Shown: piece after piece, positions 38,540-48,056 of the stretch | Numbering within the stretch: position 1 is the first letter of the stretch | Layout of the letters: each line of letters opens with the position of its first letter | From: Candidatus Harrisonbacteria bacterium | GTDB lineage: Bacteria > Patescibacteriota > Minisyncoccia > UBA6257 > 1-14-0-10-44-23 | Assembly (NCBI GenBank): GCA_023255625.1 | Contig: JAHFLF010000001.1 | Span: 94,255 to 158,254, forward strand | Length of the DNA stretch: 64,000 bases | Reading direction: 5' to 3' | Program-made: the position numbers and the translations under genes | The notes under the pieces: model-generated | Told to the model about the DNA's origin: nothing | Database searches by the model: none | The model's input: only the letters and a program-made list of their open reading frames with translations

Positions 38540-39853
38540 ATGAAACTATCCCGCACTCAAACCATCATCGTGGCCATTGTCGGAGTTATCATCCTGGCCG
38601 GTATTCTTATTTTCCTGGGCATTATTCCGGGTCTGCGCCAGGAGGTAGCAAATCAAAACGATAAATTGACCGGCGACTTAGTCGTCTGGGGAGTTTTTGA
38701 TAGCGAAACTGCGGTTAGTAAAACTCTGATCGCCGACTTTAAAGCCCGACACCCGAATGTCAATATCAGCTACCGCTCGCTCGATGCCCGCACTTATGAA
38801 GATGACTTAATCAATGCCCTAGCCGCCGGCAGCGGCCCTGATGTTTTCATGGTCAAAAACACCTGGCTGCCCAAGCATTACAACAAACTTGATCCGCGCG
38901 ACCCGAAAGAATTTACCGTGGTTAATTTCGCGGATTTATACCCGCAGGTTGCGACTAAAGACTTTGTACGCGAAGGCAAAGTGTACGCAATGCCACTATA
39001 TATAGACACGCTCGCCACAATCTACAACAAAGCATTGTTCGACGCCGCCGGCATTGCGCAGCCGCCGCGCAGCTGGGAGGAGTTCGCGCAGATTATCCCG
39101 GAGCTTCGCAAGCTAGATGAAAGTGGCCGAATAACCCAGGCCGCCGCGGCAATCGGCGGTAGTAATAAAAATATTAATGAGGCAAATGATCTGCTTTTTC
39201 AGATGATGCTTCAGTACGGAGTAGAAATGACTAATGACGGTCTCTCCTCCGCTACATTCGCAAACGGTGGCCAGGGTCCTTTGGACTTCTACCTTTCCTT
39301 CGCTAATTCCAGAAGCACAAACTATACCTGGGATCGCGGCTTCCACTACTCTATTGATGGCTTTGCCGAAGAGTCGGTCGCAATGATTTTTAACTACGGC
39401 TATCAGCTCGAGCAACTCAAAGAAAAAAATCCGTTTTTACAAATCGGCGTCGCCCCGATGCTCCAGCCAAAAAATATTGACCGGCCGATAACCTACGCCA
39501 GCTACTTCGGACTGGGCGTCTCGGCCACCAGTCAAAACAAAACCGTCGGTTGGACATTTGTAGATGAATCAACCGCCGGCGATGGCGCGACGAATGCTAA
39601 ATATCTAAACGAAGCACACCGCTCACCGGCCCTGCGCTCTTTGATCGCCGCCTCGACCAACGACTCTCAAGTCGGCGTCTTTGCCAAGCAGGCACTCATG
39701 GCCACCTCCTGGCCACAAGTTGATAGCACTGCTATTAATGTCGCCTTTGCCGGCATGCTGGAATCAATTGTTACCGGCCAACTGACCTCGCAGCGCGGGC
39801 TGCAACAAGCCGAAGATCAGGTTACCCAGATTATGCAAAGATCAGAAAATTAG
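38540..39853 (+). CDS. extracellular solute-binding protein (family 1, sugar type)
   Basis: N-terminal TM, GPDVF, YNKALF...PRSWEE. Confidence 0.85.
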   Translation: MKLSRTQTIIVAIVGVIILAGILIFLGIIPGLRQEVANQNDKLTGDLVVWGVFDSETAVSKTLIADFKARHPNVNISYRSLDARTYEDDLINALAAGSGPDVFMVKNTWLPKHYNKLDPRDPKEFTVVNFADLYPQVATKDFVREGKVYAMPLYIDTLATIYNKALFDAAGIAQPPRSWEEFAQIIPELRKLDESGRITQAAAAIGGSNKNINEANDLLFQMMLQYGVEMTNDGLSSATFANGGQGPLDFYLSFANSRSTNYTWDRGFHYSIDGFAEESVAMIFNYGYQLEQLKEKNPFLQIGVAPMLQPKNIDRPITYASYFGLGVSATSQNKTVGWTFVDESTAGDGATNAKYLNEAHRSPALRSLIAASTNDSQVGVFAKQALMATSWPQVDSTAINVAFAGMLESIVTGQLTSQRGLQQAEDQVTQIMQRSEN

Positions 39854-39863
39854 ATTTTTCTAT

Positions 39864-40343
39864 ATGAAAAAAAATCGCGCTATTCTACTGGCCTCGACCC
39901 TCTTAGCCCTAATATTAATCTCTGGTAGCCAAATAGCACTGGCAGTCGGAGACGCCAGTCAGAAACCACTGCCGGGCGCAGATGTTCAAGCCAGCGACCT
40001 CGGTAACGGCATTATTCCGGATTGCGAGCCGAGTAACACCAATATCGGCCCAGGCGAACCCGGTTGCGGCCTGGACGACGCAATTCAGGTAATTTATAAC
40101 ATCATTAGCTACATCAGCTACATTATTATCCCCATCGCCGTCTTGTTGCTCGGTTATGCCGGATTTACTATAATGACTTCAGCGGGTAACAGCGAAAAAG
40201 TTACTCAAGCATGGAAGATGATCCGGGTAACCGCGATTGGTCTGGCGATTATATTTCTTTCGACGCTGATTGTCAGATACATTTTTAAAGCCCTGGATGT
40301 AAATACCCAAAAATTTGGCCCGACCAATATAGAAATCAAATAG
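39864..40343 (+). CDS. VirB2/TrbC-like pilin
   Basis: YAGF.IMTSAGNSEKVTQAWK helical hairpin. Confidence 0.75.
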   Translation: MKKNRAILLASTLLALILISGSQIALAVGDASQKPLPGADVQASDLGNGIIPDCEPSNTNIGPGEPGCGLDDAIQVIYNIISYISYIIIPIAVLLLGYAGFTIMTSAGNSEKVTQAWKMIRVTAIGLAIIFLSTLIVRYIFKALDVNTQKFGPTNIEIK

Positions 40344-40355
40344 AAATACAATAAC

Positions 40356-40700
40356 ATGCGCCGATTTTCATTATTTTTTTTCACTCTGCTTCTGCCCGTC
40401 TTTGCATATGCTATTACCGACCCCAAAAAAGATGGCATTCCCCTGCCCGACCCGCTCAATGTAAATAGCTTGCCGGAATTATTTGACAAGATCTTCCGCT
40501 TTGCTGCTATTCAAGTTGGCCCTTTCATCGTAATTATCTTCGTGCTGGTCGGCGGCTATCAAATGATTTTCTCCGGCGGTGAGGCGGAAAAATTCTCAAA
40601 AGGAAAAAATACGATTGTTTACACAGTTATCGGCTACGCCCTGCTCTTAATGTCTTACGGCATTGTAGACATAATCAAATCAGCATTAACCGTAAAATAA
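40356..40700 (+). CDS. VirB2/TrbC-like pilin
   Basis: GGYQMIFSGGEAEKFSKGKNTIVYTVIG. Confidence 0.78.
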   Translation: MRRFSLFFFTLLLPVFAYAITDPKKDGIPLPDPLNVNSLPELFDKIFRFAAIQVGPFIVIIFVLVGGYQMIFSGGEAEKFSKGKNTIVYTVIGYALLLMSYGIVDIIKSALTVK

Positions 40701-40706
40701 ATTGCT

Positions 40707-41066
40707 ATGAGCAAAGCGTTTCGGTCTCTCGGCGTAAAAATTTTCTTCTGTAGCGTCATCCTTTCGCCCGTTTTCGCCCCAGTTTTTACCCTTGCCGAAG
40801 ATGACCCGCTGAAGGGTCTGCCAAAAGATGCCGCAGGCGTTATGCAGGTTTTAGGAAATATCACCAATTGGCTATTCACTGGTATTCTGATAATTTCTGT
40901 GATAATGATTATAGTAGCCGCATATAAGTATCTGTTTAGCGGCGGCAGCGAAGAGGCAACCTCTGCGGCTCGCAAGACGATTGTCTACGCCGTGATTGCT
41001 CTGGCGGTCGCGATGCTGGCCAAAGGCGTGGCTCCACTTGTAAAAACACTATTATCAGTAAAATAA
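40707..41066 (+). CDS. VirB2/TrbC-like pilin
   Basis: AAYKYLFSGGSEE...ARKTIVYAVIA. Confidence 0.78.
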   Translation: MSKAFRSLGVKIFFCSVILSPVFAPVFTLAEDDPLKGLPKDAAGVMQVLGNITNWLFTGILIISVIMIIVAAYKYLFSGGSEEATSAARKTIVYAVIALAVAMLAKGVAPLVKTLLSVK

Positions 41067-41072
41067 CAGTAT

Positions 41073-41453
41073 ATGAAAAAAATCATATTTATTCTGCCGC
41101 TCGCTGTAATGTTTTTAGCATTAATCGTACCAATGACTCCTGCCCTTGCGATTGATTGTCCTGGCGGAGGCAGTACTGCCGGCGGTCAGCCCTGCCAATT
41201 ACCAACCAACGCAAATCTTCAGCCAAATGTTTTGCTGGCAACGATAGAGGAAATTACTGACTGGATGTTTACCGGACTCTTGGTACTTGCGGTTGTTATG
41301 TTGATTATCGCCGCCTATCACTATCTTTTCTCCGGAGGCAGCGAGGAGGGAACGCAAAAAGGCAAGAACTATATCATCTACACAGTTATTGCAATTGCAG
41401 TTGCAATGTTAGCCAAAGGAATTACCTTCATCGTCTACCAGATTCTGAAATAG
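41073..41453 (+). CDS. VirB2/TrbC-like pilin
   Basis: AAYHYLFSGGSEEGTQKGKNYIIYTVIA. Confidence 0.78.
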   Translation: MKKIIFILPLAVMFLALIVPMTPALAIDCPGGGSTAGGQPCQLPTNANLQPNVLLATIEEITDWMFTGLLVLAVVMLIIAAYHYLFSGGSEEGTQKGKNYIIYTVIAIAVAMLAKGITFIVYQILK

Positions 41454-41561
41454 AAAAATTGACTTTAAAATCGAACGGGCCCGACTGGCAACATACTCCC
41501 TTGCGGGAGACGCCAATCGGGCCTCGTTTTGTGCTGCGCGTGGTAGTGGAGCTCTACCGCG

Positions 41562-42044
41562 CTACTTCTTCTTCTCGAGCGCCCTGGCCTCGAACTGCTG
41601 GTCAGGGAGTCCGGCTTCGACATAGAAGACCGGATAGCGAGCCGTCTCGAAGACGGAGTTCTCGCCCAGGATGGCTCCACCATCCTCGAGCATGATGCGG
41701 AACTTCCGCTTGCACACTCGTTTGCCGATCTCCTGCACATCCTCGATCGTGTACGAGAGACCGGCCGCTACCTCTACACGAGCCCACTGCCCGGGTTGCA
41801 GCGGGAAAGCCGCAACGGCTCCCGGGAACGCCAGCGTGTACTCCCCTCCGTCGAGATTCGGAGGTACGCTCTTCACAGCGCTGGGCCGCCAGGAGACCAG
41901 CACTGCAATTCCGGCTCCAAGAAGGAGTAGGGTGATCGCGGCGGCCAGCCCCATGAAAAGCTTCGTCCGCCCGAAACTGGCCACGCTCACGCAATCCTCC
42001 ACATCATCGGGTGCATCTGCGGAGTTGGCAGGATTGCTACTCAT
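41562..42044 (-). CDS. orphan membrane-anchored protein, SD-led
   Basis: GGAGGTTCGACAAC-ATG, ATGA-coupled to the upstream gene. Confidence 0.55.
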   Translation of the reverse strand: MSSNPANSADAPDDVEDCVSVASFGRTKLFMGLAAAITLLLLGAGIAVLVSWRPSAVKSVPPNLDGGEYTLAFPGAVAAFPLQPGQWARVEVAAGLSYTIEDVQEIGKRVCKRKFRIMLEDGGAILGENSVFETARYPVFYVEAGLPDQQFEARALEKKK

Positions 42045-43294
42045 GTTGTCGAACCTCCAGTCGGCACAGACAGACCGCCGGCCGTCAGACCGGCGGCAAG
42101 CCGCGCCGCCGCCGAGACCGATCCATCGTCAGCTACGACAACTTTCAGATCTGCCACCTTGATGCCTGCCTGCGCAAGCGCGCCGGCATAGGCAAGATTC
42201 GCCGTGACACCAAGCTTGACAGCACTCTCCGTCATCGCCGTGACACCAGGAGCCGTCTGCTCCGCAGCTTTGGCATCCTGTTGCGACTTCAACACCTTCT
42301 GCGCATACTCGATGCTCTTAGGGTCATACACCACCCCGATGAGCTCGCAGTTGTCGAAGGTGCATCCGATGTGCAGCTCGTGGTGTGACAGAGCGGTTTC
42401 AGAAATCCCGCCCTGATTGAACAGCACATTCATCTGATCCAGCGCTGCACGTACTGCAACTGCGTGCTTGCCGTACCAGACAAGCACATTGCCAGGCAGA
42501 ATCTCAACGAGTGACTGTCCGGCGGCAACACCCTCAACTCTTCGCCGGAATGCCGCGTCCTTGTGCAACGGAATGTGCAGTGACAACTCCGACTCGACGA
42601 ACAGCGCAAGCGCATGCCTGTTCTCGTCAAGATCCTTGCGGCTCATCTTCGCAAGCATCGACGTCAGGAGCCCCTTGATGGGACCCCTGATACCGACCTC
42701 CACGTGATGCGCGGCAAAGTTCCTCTGCCTCCTCTTCGCACCCTCGATCACCCAGTTGCCGTAGACGTTCAACCCATCCGAGTCAGCGATACGCGGGTCC
42801 GGGCAGACGGTCACCTGGAAGGTGACTTTGACAACTTCATGAGTCGTGAGCTGCTGTTCCACCTCGATCGTTATCGGCAACGGATTTGTCTCGATCTGAG
42901 CCATCCTGTTACCGATCCCGACCTTGTGCAGGCCAGGCCCGTGTGTCGCAGAGCGGATCTTGCCGCCACTGCTCTGAACCGCATACGATCGTCCACCGAC
43001 TGAACGGACGAACATAGCGAGCCAGAACCAGAGAACGCCAAGATAGGCGGCACCCAGACCCACGATGACCATGCCGAAAATGGCGCAGCTCATCCAGATG
43101 AATCCGCACAAGATCGAGACCAGAGCAATCGCGTAGGCGATACCCAAGCCCTGGAAATGCGGAGTCAACTCTCTCTTGAGGAAAGGCTCAATCTCCTCCC
43201 CCTCAAGAACCGTGCAGGTCACGAAAGCGTGCCCCGCCGGTGCAACTGTTGTCCCGGGCGATACTACCGCCGGGGGCGCAACATGACTAGTCAT
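42041..43294 (-). CDS. membrane protein with possible SPFH/band-7-like domain, SD-led
   Basis: GGGAGGTAGCG-ATG; two TMs then GPGLH...VVKVTFQVTV. Confidence 0.55.
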   Translation of the reverse strand: MTSHVAPPAVVSPGTTVAPAGHAFVTCTVLEGEEIEPFLKRELTPHFQGLGIAYAIALVSILCGFIWMSCAIFGMVIVGLGAAYLGVLWFWLAMFVRSVGGRSYAVQSSGGKIRSATHGPGLHKVGIGNRMAQIETNPLPITIEVEQQLTTHEVVKVTFQVTVCPDPRIADSDGLNVYGNWVIEGAKRRQRNFAAHHVEVGIRGPIKGLLTSMLAKMSRKDLDENRHALALFVESELSLHIPLHKDAAFRRRVEGVAAGQSLVEILPGNVLVWYGKHAVAVRAALDQMNVLFNQGGISETALSHHELHIGCTFDNCELIGVVYDPKSIEYAQKVLKSQQDAKAAEQTAPGVTAMTESAVKLGVTANLAYAGALAQAGIKVADLKVVVADDGSVSAAARLAAGLTAGGLSVPTGGSTT

Positions 43295-43581
43295 CGCTAC
43301 CTCCCAGCCCGTAGAACGGGCCGTCGTTAGAAACCAACGGCCCAAACCGGGCCAGCCACGCCGTACGCCAGCGTTGGCCCTATTCGACTGTCCCATGCAG
43401 GCCCCACACGAGGCCAACATTGCACGAACAGGATTTTTGCGGACCAGATAAAATGCCCCGCAAAAATCCTGTTCGTGCCCTTGAACGCTCTTTAGTTTTC
43501 AAAGTACATTCGGAAAATTCCTGTTTTAGACAGAACTCCCCACCAACAGCATATTTAGCATATTTTCATACCATTTGTCAA
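43295..43581 (-). promoter_or_regulatory. promoter, boxA-like motif and long-stem leader
   Basis: TTGACA at 43581; TGTACTTTGAAAAC at 43508-43495; perfect 21-bp stem 43422-43478. Confidence 0.65.
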
Positions 43582-43799
43582 TCTTTTCCATCGCCAGTTC
43601 AACAAACCGGGTTAGCATTTAACCAATGCGAAGTCCGTACCATAGGGAGCAGTAAAAGGTATCCCTGCTCATCTTGGCGGGAACTCTGGGTTTGCGGGTC
43701 TTTATATTTATCCAACAGCTCAACTATACACAGCCCCGCTATACCTGTGGTATACTAAATTAAAGACATTTATTAATGCTTTAATATTAAAATTATTCT

Positions 43800-44144
43800 A
43801 TGAAGAAAGTTGTTACATTCATCTCATTATTAGTCGTTAGCTTTATGCCAATGGCGGCTCTAGCCATCGACATTCCGGCCACTACCCCTCCGCCGGGCAT
43901 CCGCAGCTTTGAAGGAATCCTTGGTGTCATGAACACAATCATCGACTGGCTCTTTACCGCACTCATGGTGTTCGCCGTGATCATGATTATCTACGCCGCA
44001 TTCAGCTATCTAACCGCCGGTGGTGATGAGGAGAAGATCAGCAAGGCCCACAAGACAATTGTTTACGCAGTTGTCGCGATTGCCGTCGCCTTCCTTTCCC
44101 GCGGCATCTCCTTCGTTGTTCAGCAGCTGCTCGGACAGGGATAG
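43800..44144 (+). CDS. VirB2/TrbC-like pilin
   Basis: YAAFSYLTAGGDEEKISKAHKTIVYAVVA. Confidence 0.8.
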   Translation: MKKVVTFISLLVVSFMPMAALAIDIPATTPPPGIRSFEGILGVMNTIIDWLFTALMVFAVIMIIYAAFSYLTAGGDEEKISKAHKTIVYAVVAIAVAFLSRGISFVVQQLLGQG

Positions 44145-44241
44145 AAATTTGGAAAAAGTTTCTAGACAAAATCAAAACTGCTCTGAATATTTTTCCGGGC
44201 AGTTTTGATTTTATATCTAAAATACGAGATACTACATCAAT

Positions 44242-44326
44242 GCTCTCGTGGCGGAACTGGCATACGCGCGTGGCTTAGGACCACGTCCCGCAAGGGTTAG
44301 AGGTTCAAATCCTCTCGAGAGCACCA
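44242..44326 (+). tRNA. tRNA-Leu(TAG)
   Basis: CGTGG-CT-TAG-GA-CCACG, long variable arm, encoded CCA. Confidence 0.95.
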
Positions 44327-44352
44327 GTCAGGAAATGTCAAATTACACTTCC

Positions 44353-44402
44353 AATTCCCAATACCATAAATCTACCATGGTAGATTTATGGTATTGGGAA
44401 TT
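44353..44402. repeat. perfect 50-bp palindrome
   Basis: AATTCCCAATACCATAAATCTACCA|TGGTAGATTTATGGTATTGGGAATT. Confidence 0.92.
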
Positions 44403-44430
44403 CTGTTATCTTGAGACCACATCCCTTCCG

Positions 44431-45045
44431 CTAAATCTTAACCTGGAGATTCTTGCCTGGAAATCGCAGTGTGCCAGATTTCGTTATTTCAAAAATATCA
44501 ACATACTGAGTTAAATTGGCTTCGGCGAGATCATCAATAAAACTCTCCGGTATCTGTCGTTTACCGATAAAAAGACTTCGCTGCAAAAATCGAAAACCAA
44601 ACTGACCAAGAGCACCCCTCAACCAATCGCGCTGTTGCCGCATCGTATGTGGAATATCATACGCAATAATAGTGACGCGATCGCTGGGCGTAGCAACATA
44701 TTTTTTTGCGCGTACGATATCAGAAAGATCATTTTCATGCTCATGGACCCAAGTTTTCCCTGCCTGCGTCATACTATAATGAGCTTCACGACCAATTCTG
44801 GTACTCTTAATAAGTCCGTCTTGCTTTAATGCTTGAATCAACCGTTGCGCGCGTTTCCATTCAAGTCGTTTTTGATGCTCATCAAAATGCTTCTTGTCAT
44901 ACTGCTGGCGAACCTGTTGCGCCGCCGCAAAACCCGCCCGAATCCCCCTCTGACGACCAAAGCCGCCACCAATCAAAAAGGATGCTATCTCTGCACTGGT
45001 ACGACCGACATCTGACAAAAAATATAAAATCTGTTTTCTCTTCAT
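44431..45045 (-). CDS. PaaX-like protein (wHTH plus Cas2-like domain)
   Basis: IQALKQDGLIK...YSMTQAG; IIAYDIP...RDWLR...GFRFLQRSLF. Confidence 0.78.
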   Translation of the reverse strand: MKRKQILYFLSDVGRTSAEIASFLIGGGFGRQRGIRAGFAAAQQVRQQYDKKHFDEHQKRLEWKRAQRLIQALKQDGLIKSTRIGREAHYSMTQAGKTWVHEHENDLSDIVRAKKYVATPSDRVTIIAYDIPHTMRQQRDWLRGALGQFGFRFLQRSLFIGKRQIPESFIDDLAEANLTQYVDIFEITKSGTLRFPGKNLQVKI

Positions 45046-45055
45046 GCGTACATAA

Positions 45056-45087
45056 TACCATATTTCTACCATGGTAGAAATATGGTA
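45056..45087. repeat. perfect 32-bp palindrome related to 44353-44402
   Basis: TACCATATTTCTACCATGGTAGAAATATGGTA. Confidence 0.92.
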
Positions 45088-45127
45088 CGATAAAAAATCG
45101 TATTATTCCAGATGAAAAAAACAAACC

Positions 45128-46048
45128 TTACCTCCTGCGACCATGAAACGCTTTGTGTACTTCGCCAAGCTGCTTGTTAGTCAGGTGCGTATAAATCTGC
45201 GTTGTGGCAATGTTGCTGTGGCCAAGCATTTCCTGAACCGAGCGTAAATCGGCCCCGTTAACCAACAGGTCTGTTGCGAAGAGATGGCGCAGTTTGTGCG
45301 GTGTTATGTGTTCTGCAATACCGGCTTTGCGCGCATAAAAATTGACCAGCTGTTGCACGGAGCGCGGAGAGATCACGCCAAGCACCCTCGGTGGTTTTTT
45401 CGATTTTAAAGATGGCTTACTCAACCCAACAAACAGCCACTCCTGCGCGTCGCCACGCTTGTCTAAATACCGCTTCAAAATCTCGCGACAGCTGTCTGAT
45501 AAAAACACTACGCGTAACTTCTCTCCTTTCCCGCGCACGGTAAACTCACCGCGGCTAAAATCAATATACCGCTTTAATCCGCAAAGTTCGGAGACACGCA
45601 GCCCGGTTGAAAACAAGGTTTCTAAAATGGCGCGATCGCGGAGCGCGCGCAAGCCATCCCCCTCTGGTGCAGCAAGGAGCCGCTCGAAGTCGCGATACTC
45701 CGGTATCTGAATCTGGCGCTGGGCAATTTTTGGCAGCTCAATTTTATCGGCTGCAAGCACATCATAATCGTGTTTGGCCAGATACTTTAAAAAACTGCGA
45801 ATCGCAATAACATAATAGTTCTGCGTGATTTTCTTCAGCATCGCGCCATCCCGTCCGGGCGTACGTGCAAGCGTGATGCGGAATTCACGAACCACCGACT
45901 CGGTAATCTGACTTGGCTTACTAATTTTTTGCTGGCGAAAAAACGAACTCAAATAATGTTCATAATTAACCCTCGTCTTCGGCGAGCGATTCTTTTCAAT
46001 CTCTAAATAATCCAAATACTGCTTGAGAAGGTCATCAATTTGAGCCAT
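45128..46048 (-). CDS. XerC/D-like tyrosine recombinase
   Basis: TGLRVSEL, HKLRH, LGHSNIATTQIYTH. Confidence 0.92.
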   Translation of the reverse strand: MAQIDDLLKQYLDYLEIEKNRSPKTRVNYEHYLSSFFRQQKISKPSQITESVVREFRITLARTPGRDGAMLKKITQNYYVIAIRSFLKYLAKHDYDVLAADKIELPKIAQRQIQIPEYRDFERLLAAPEGDGLRALRDRAILETLFSTGLRVSELCGLKRYIDFSRGEFTVRGKGEKLRVVFLSDSCREILKRYLDKRGDAQEWLFVGLSKPSLKSKKPPRVLGVISPRSVQQLVNFYARKAGIAEHITPHKLRHLFATDLLVNGADLRSVQEMLGHSNIATTQIYTHLTNKQLGEVHKAFHGRRR

Positions 46049-46073
46049 CCTGTAAGTATAAACTAGATGTTTC

Positions 46074-46196
46074 GTAAAACATATTCGGGTCAGCGCTAGC
46101 GGCAATTCTCGGACCGCGACGGCGGGAGAGTATAGACCGATTTTTCACCAGAAAAATACGGACGGTGCCGTCTGCGCTGACCCGAATATGTTTTAC
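46074..46196 (+). repeat. Y-shaped palindromic element
   Basis: Arms GTAAAACATATTCGGGTCAGCGC and its reverse complement; same core. Confidence 0.82.
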
Positions 46197-46936
46197 CTTA
46201 TTTCAATCACCGCCGGATCCGGATGAAATTCCAACTCCTCGTCTGAATACACAATCAGCGGGGCAAGCTCAACGCGCGCCGACTCTCCTGCCCCAATAAT
46301 CCACATCTCATGAGCCATATTGTGCGAATCATTATGTGCCTGCATCCCCCGCTGTATTCTGTGTCTCTGATATTGCTTAAGCCGTAGCTCACACCAATTC
46401 CCAATTCGCCCGCCAAGAAACGCTTCAAAAAACTTTTTCATTTTCGAATCGCGCGACGGATCATAACGCAGATCAGATTCCAAAATCCTTTTACCGACCC
46501 AATCAGAGTTTGCATCATAAAACTCCTGAATATTTTCGCGCATTCCATACACCGGCACTAATCGCTTGTACAATAACTTCCAGTACGGATTAACCGGTAA
46601 CCGCAGGCGGTATGACGCCTCGGTGACAAAGTGATTAAGGCAAACCTTGTTCGCCGCCGCCGCATTACCGTGCTCTTTCGCCCGTCGCCAGCCAAAAAGT
46701 CCCAGTGCGAGCGCCGCACAAAATCGGGCTGTAAAAATCCGGCCGGTGCGCACGCCAATCAACACATCAAAATCACTTTCTTCATCAACATTACCAACGG
46801 CCAGCGAGCCGCTGCCAAAGACAAATTCTATAAACGGAATATGCCGAAAAATCCAGGTGCGCTTAATAAACAGATGCCATTTTTTATCGTTTAGTAATTG
46901 CTGAACTCGGAACTCTCTGTTCTTTTCCTCTGTCAT
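46193..46936 (-). CDS. nucleotidyltransferase-like protein
   Basis: GSLAVG...SDFDV motif. Confidence 0.7.
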   Translation of the reverse strand: MTEEKNREFRVQQLLNDKKWHLFIKRTWIFRHIPFIEFVFGSGSLAVGNVDEESDFDVLIGVRTGRIFTARFCAALALGLFGWRRAKEHGNAAAANKVCLNHFVTEASYRLRLPVNPYWKLLYKRLVPVYGMRENIQEFYDANSDWVGKRILESDLRYDPSRDSKMKKFFEAFLGGRIGNWCELRLKQYQRHRIQRGMQAHNDSHNMAHEMWIIGAGESARVELAPLIVYSDEELEFHPDPAVIEIR

Positions 46937-46946
46937 AAATCCGCAA

Positions 46947-48032
46947 TCATTCATCTGAAGCTGGTTTCTCGAGCCGTTTGACATCAAGCTCCATACTTTC
47001 ACCGGTGATGCGGGTAACATCTTTATCAACCTTGCCAAGCTCCTTATAGGCGGCGTTGAAATGGTTAACTGTCGTGCCGAGGGAGTTGTGAACCTTACTC
47101 ATATACTCATCATAGGCCTTTAAGTGCTTGCCCAACTCATCAACCCGCTTGATTATATCCTTGGCGCCCTGCTCAATCTTAAACGCTTTGAATCCATAAA
47201 TTACTGAGGTCAGATATGCATAAAAAGTTGTCGGCGAAACAATAATGACATGCTTTTCGTGCATCGCGTAGTCAATCAAATTGCGAGTATTAACCTTGAC
47301 TGAACCAACCTCATTGACTAACAGGTCATAATAAATACCTTCAGCCGGAATAAACATAAAGGCAAACGGCAAAGTCCCCTCCTCCGGCCGGATATATTTT
47401 GCTGTTTCGTCAATTCTTTTCTTCAAATCATTTTTAAATTCTTTTTCTAACTCCTCGCGCTGATTGTCATCAATGGCATTGGTAACGCGGTTATAGTTAT
47501 CCAATGAAAATTTTGCATCAACGCAGATGATGCCCTCTTTGGTCGAGATGATAGCATCCACGGTTTCGCCATTTTTAAATGCATACTGAAGCGAGTACTG
47601 GCCAGGTGAGAGCATATTCGACAAAATCAGCTCCAAAGAAAGCTCGCCCAAATTTCCGCGCTGTTTCTGATGCTTTAAAGTTTTTTCCAGATTCGCCAGT
47701 TGTTCTGCGATAGTCACAAACTGCTTGGTCTGTTCATTCGTTTTCGTTTGCTCGCGTGTGACATCAACCAAAGACTTATTCATCTGTTCGCTAATCTCGC
47801 GCAAAAGCTGCTGACTTTGGCTAAACTGATGCCGGACACTCTCGGTCATCTCTTTACGGCTCTCGCCAAGTTTAGAGTCCACCGACTGGGTAAGTTGCTG
47901 AAGCTGCTGCTGAAGCAACACCATGCCCTGGCCATCTTCTTTGGGCATGGCCGCGCGACGCAAATACCACCAGATGAAGGTAAAACCCAAGAGCAAAACA
48001 ATCAGCAAAATTACAAAGTAAAGAAGTGTCAT
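46947..48032 (-). CDS. rmuC: DNA recombination protein RmuC
   Basis: RGNLGE, VDAKFS, FAFMFIPAEGIY, VSPTT. Confidence 0.92.
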   Translation of the reverse strand: MTLLYFVILLIVLLLGFTFIWWYLRRAAMPKEDGQGMVLLQQQLQQLTQSVDSKLGESRKEMTESVRHQFSQSQQLLREISEQMNKSLVDVTREQTKTNEQTKQFVTIAEQLANLEKTLKHQKQRGNLGELSLELILSNMLSPGQYSLQYAFKNGETVDAIISTKEGIICVDAKFSLDNYNRVTNAIDDNQREELEKEFKNDLKKRIDETAKYIRPEEGTLPFAFMFIPAEGIYYDLLVNEVGSVKVNTRNLIDYAMHEKHVIIVSPTTFYAYLTSVIYGFKAFKIEQGAKDIIKRVDELGKHLKAYDEYMSKVHNSLGTTVNHFNAAYKELGKVDKDVTRITGESMELDVKRLEKPASDE

Positions 48033-48056
48033 ATGGCCAGTATAACCAATATTCAA

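Noticed and set aside
44431-45045. CRISPR cas2 locus
   Set aside because: The Cas2-like domain is fused to a wHTH (PaaX-like); no cas1, effector genes or array in the window.
45128-46048. Prophage or island integrase at tRNA-Leu
   Set aside because: Size and motifs fit housekeeping Xer; no phage genes and no duplicated tRNA-Leu end seen.
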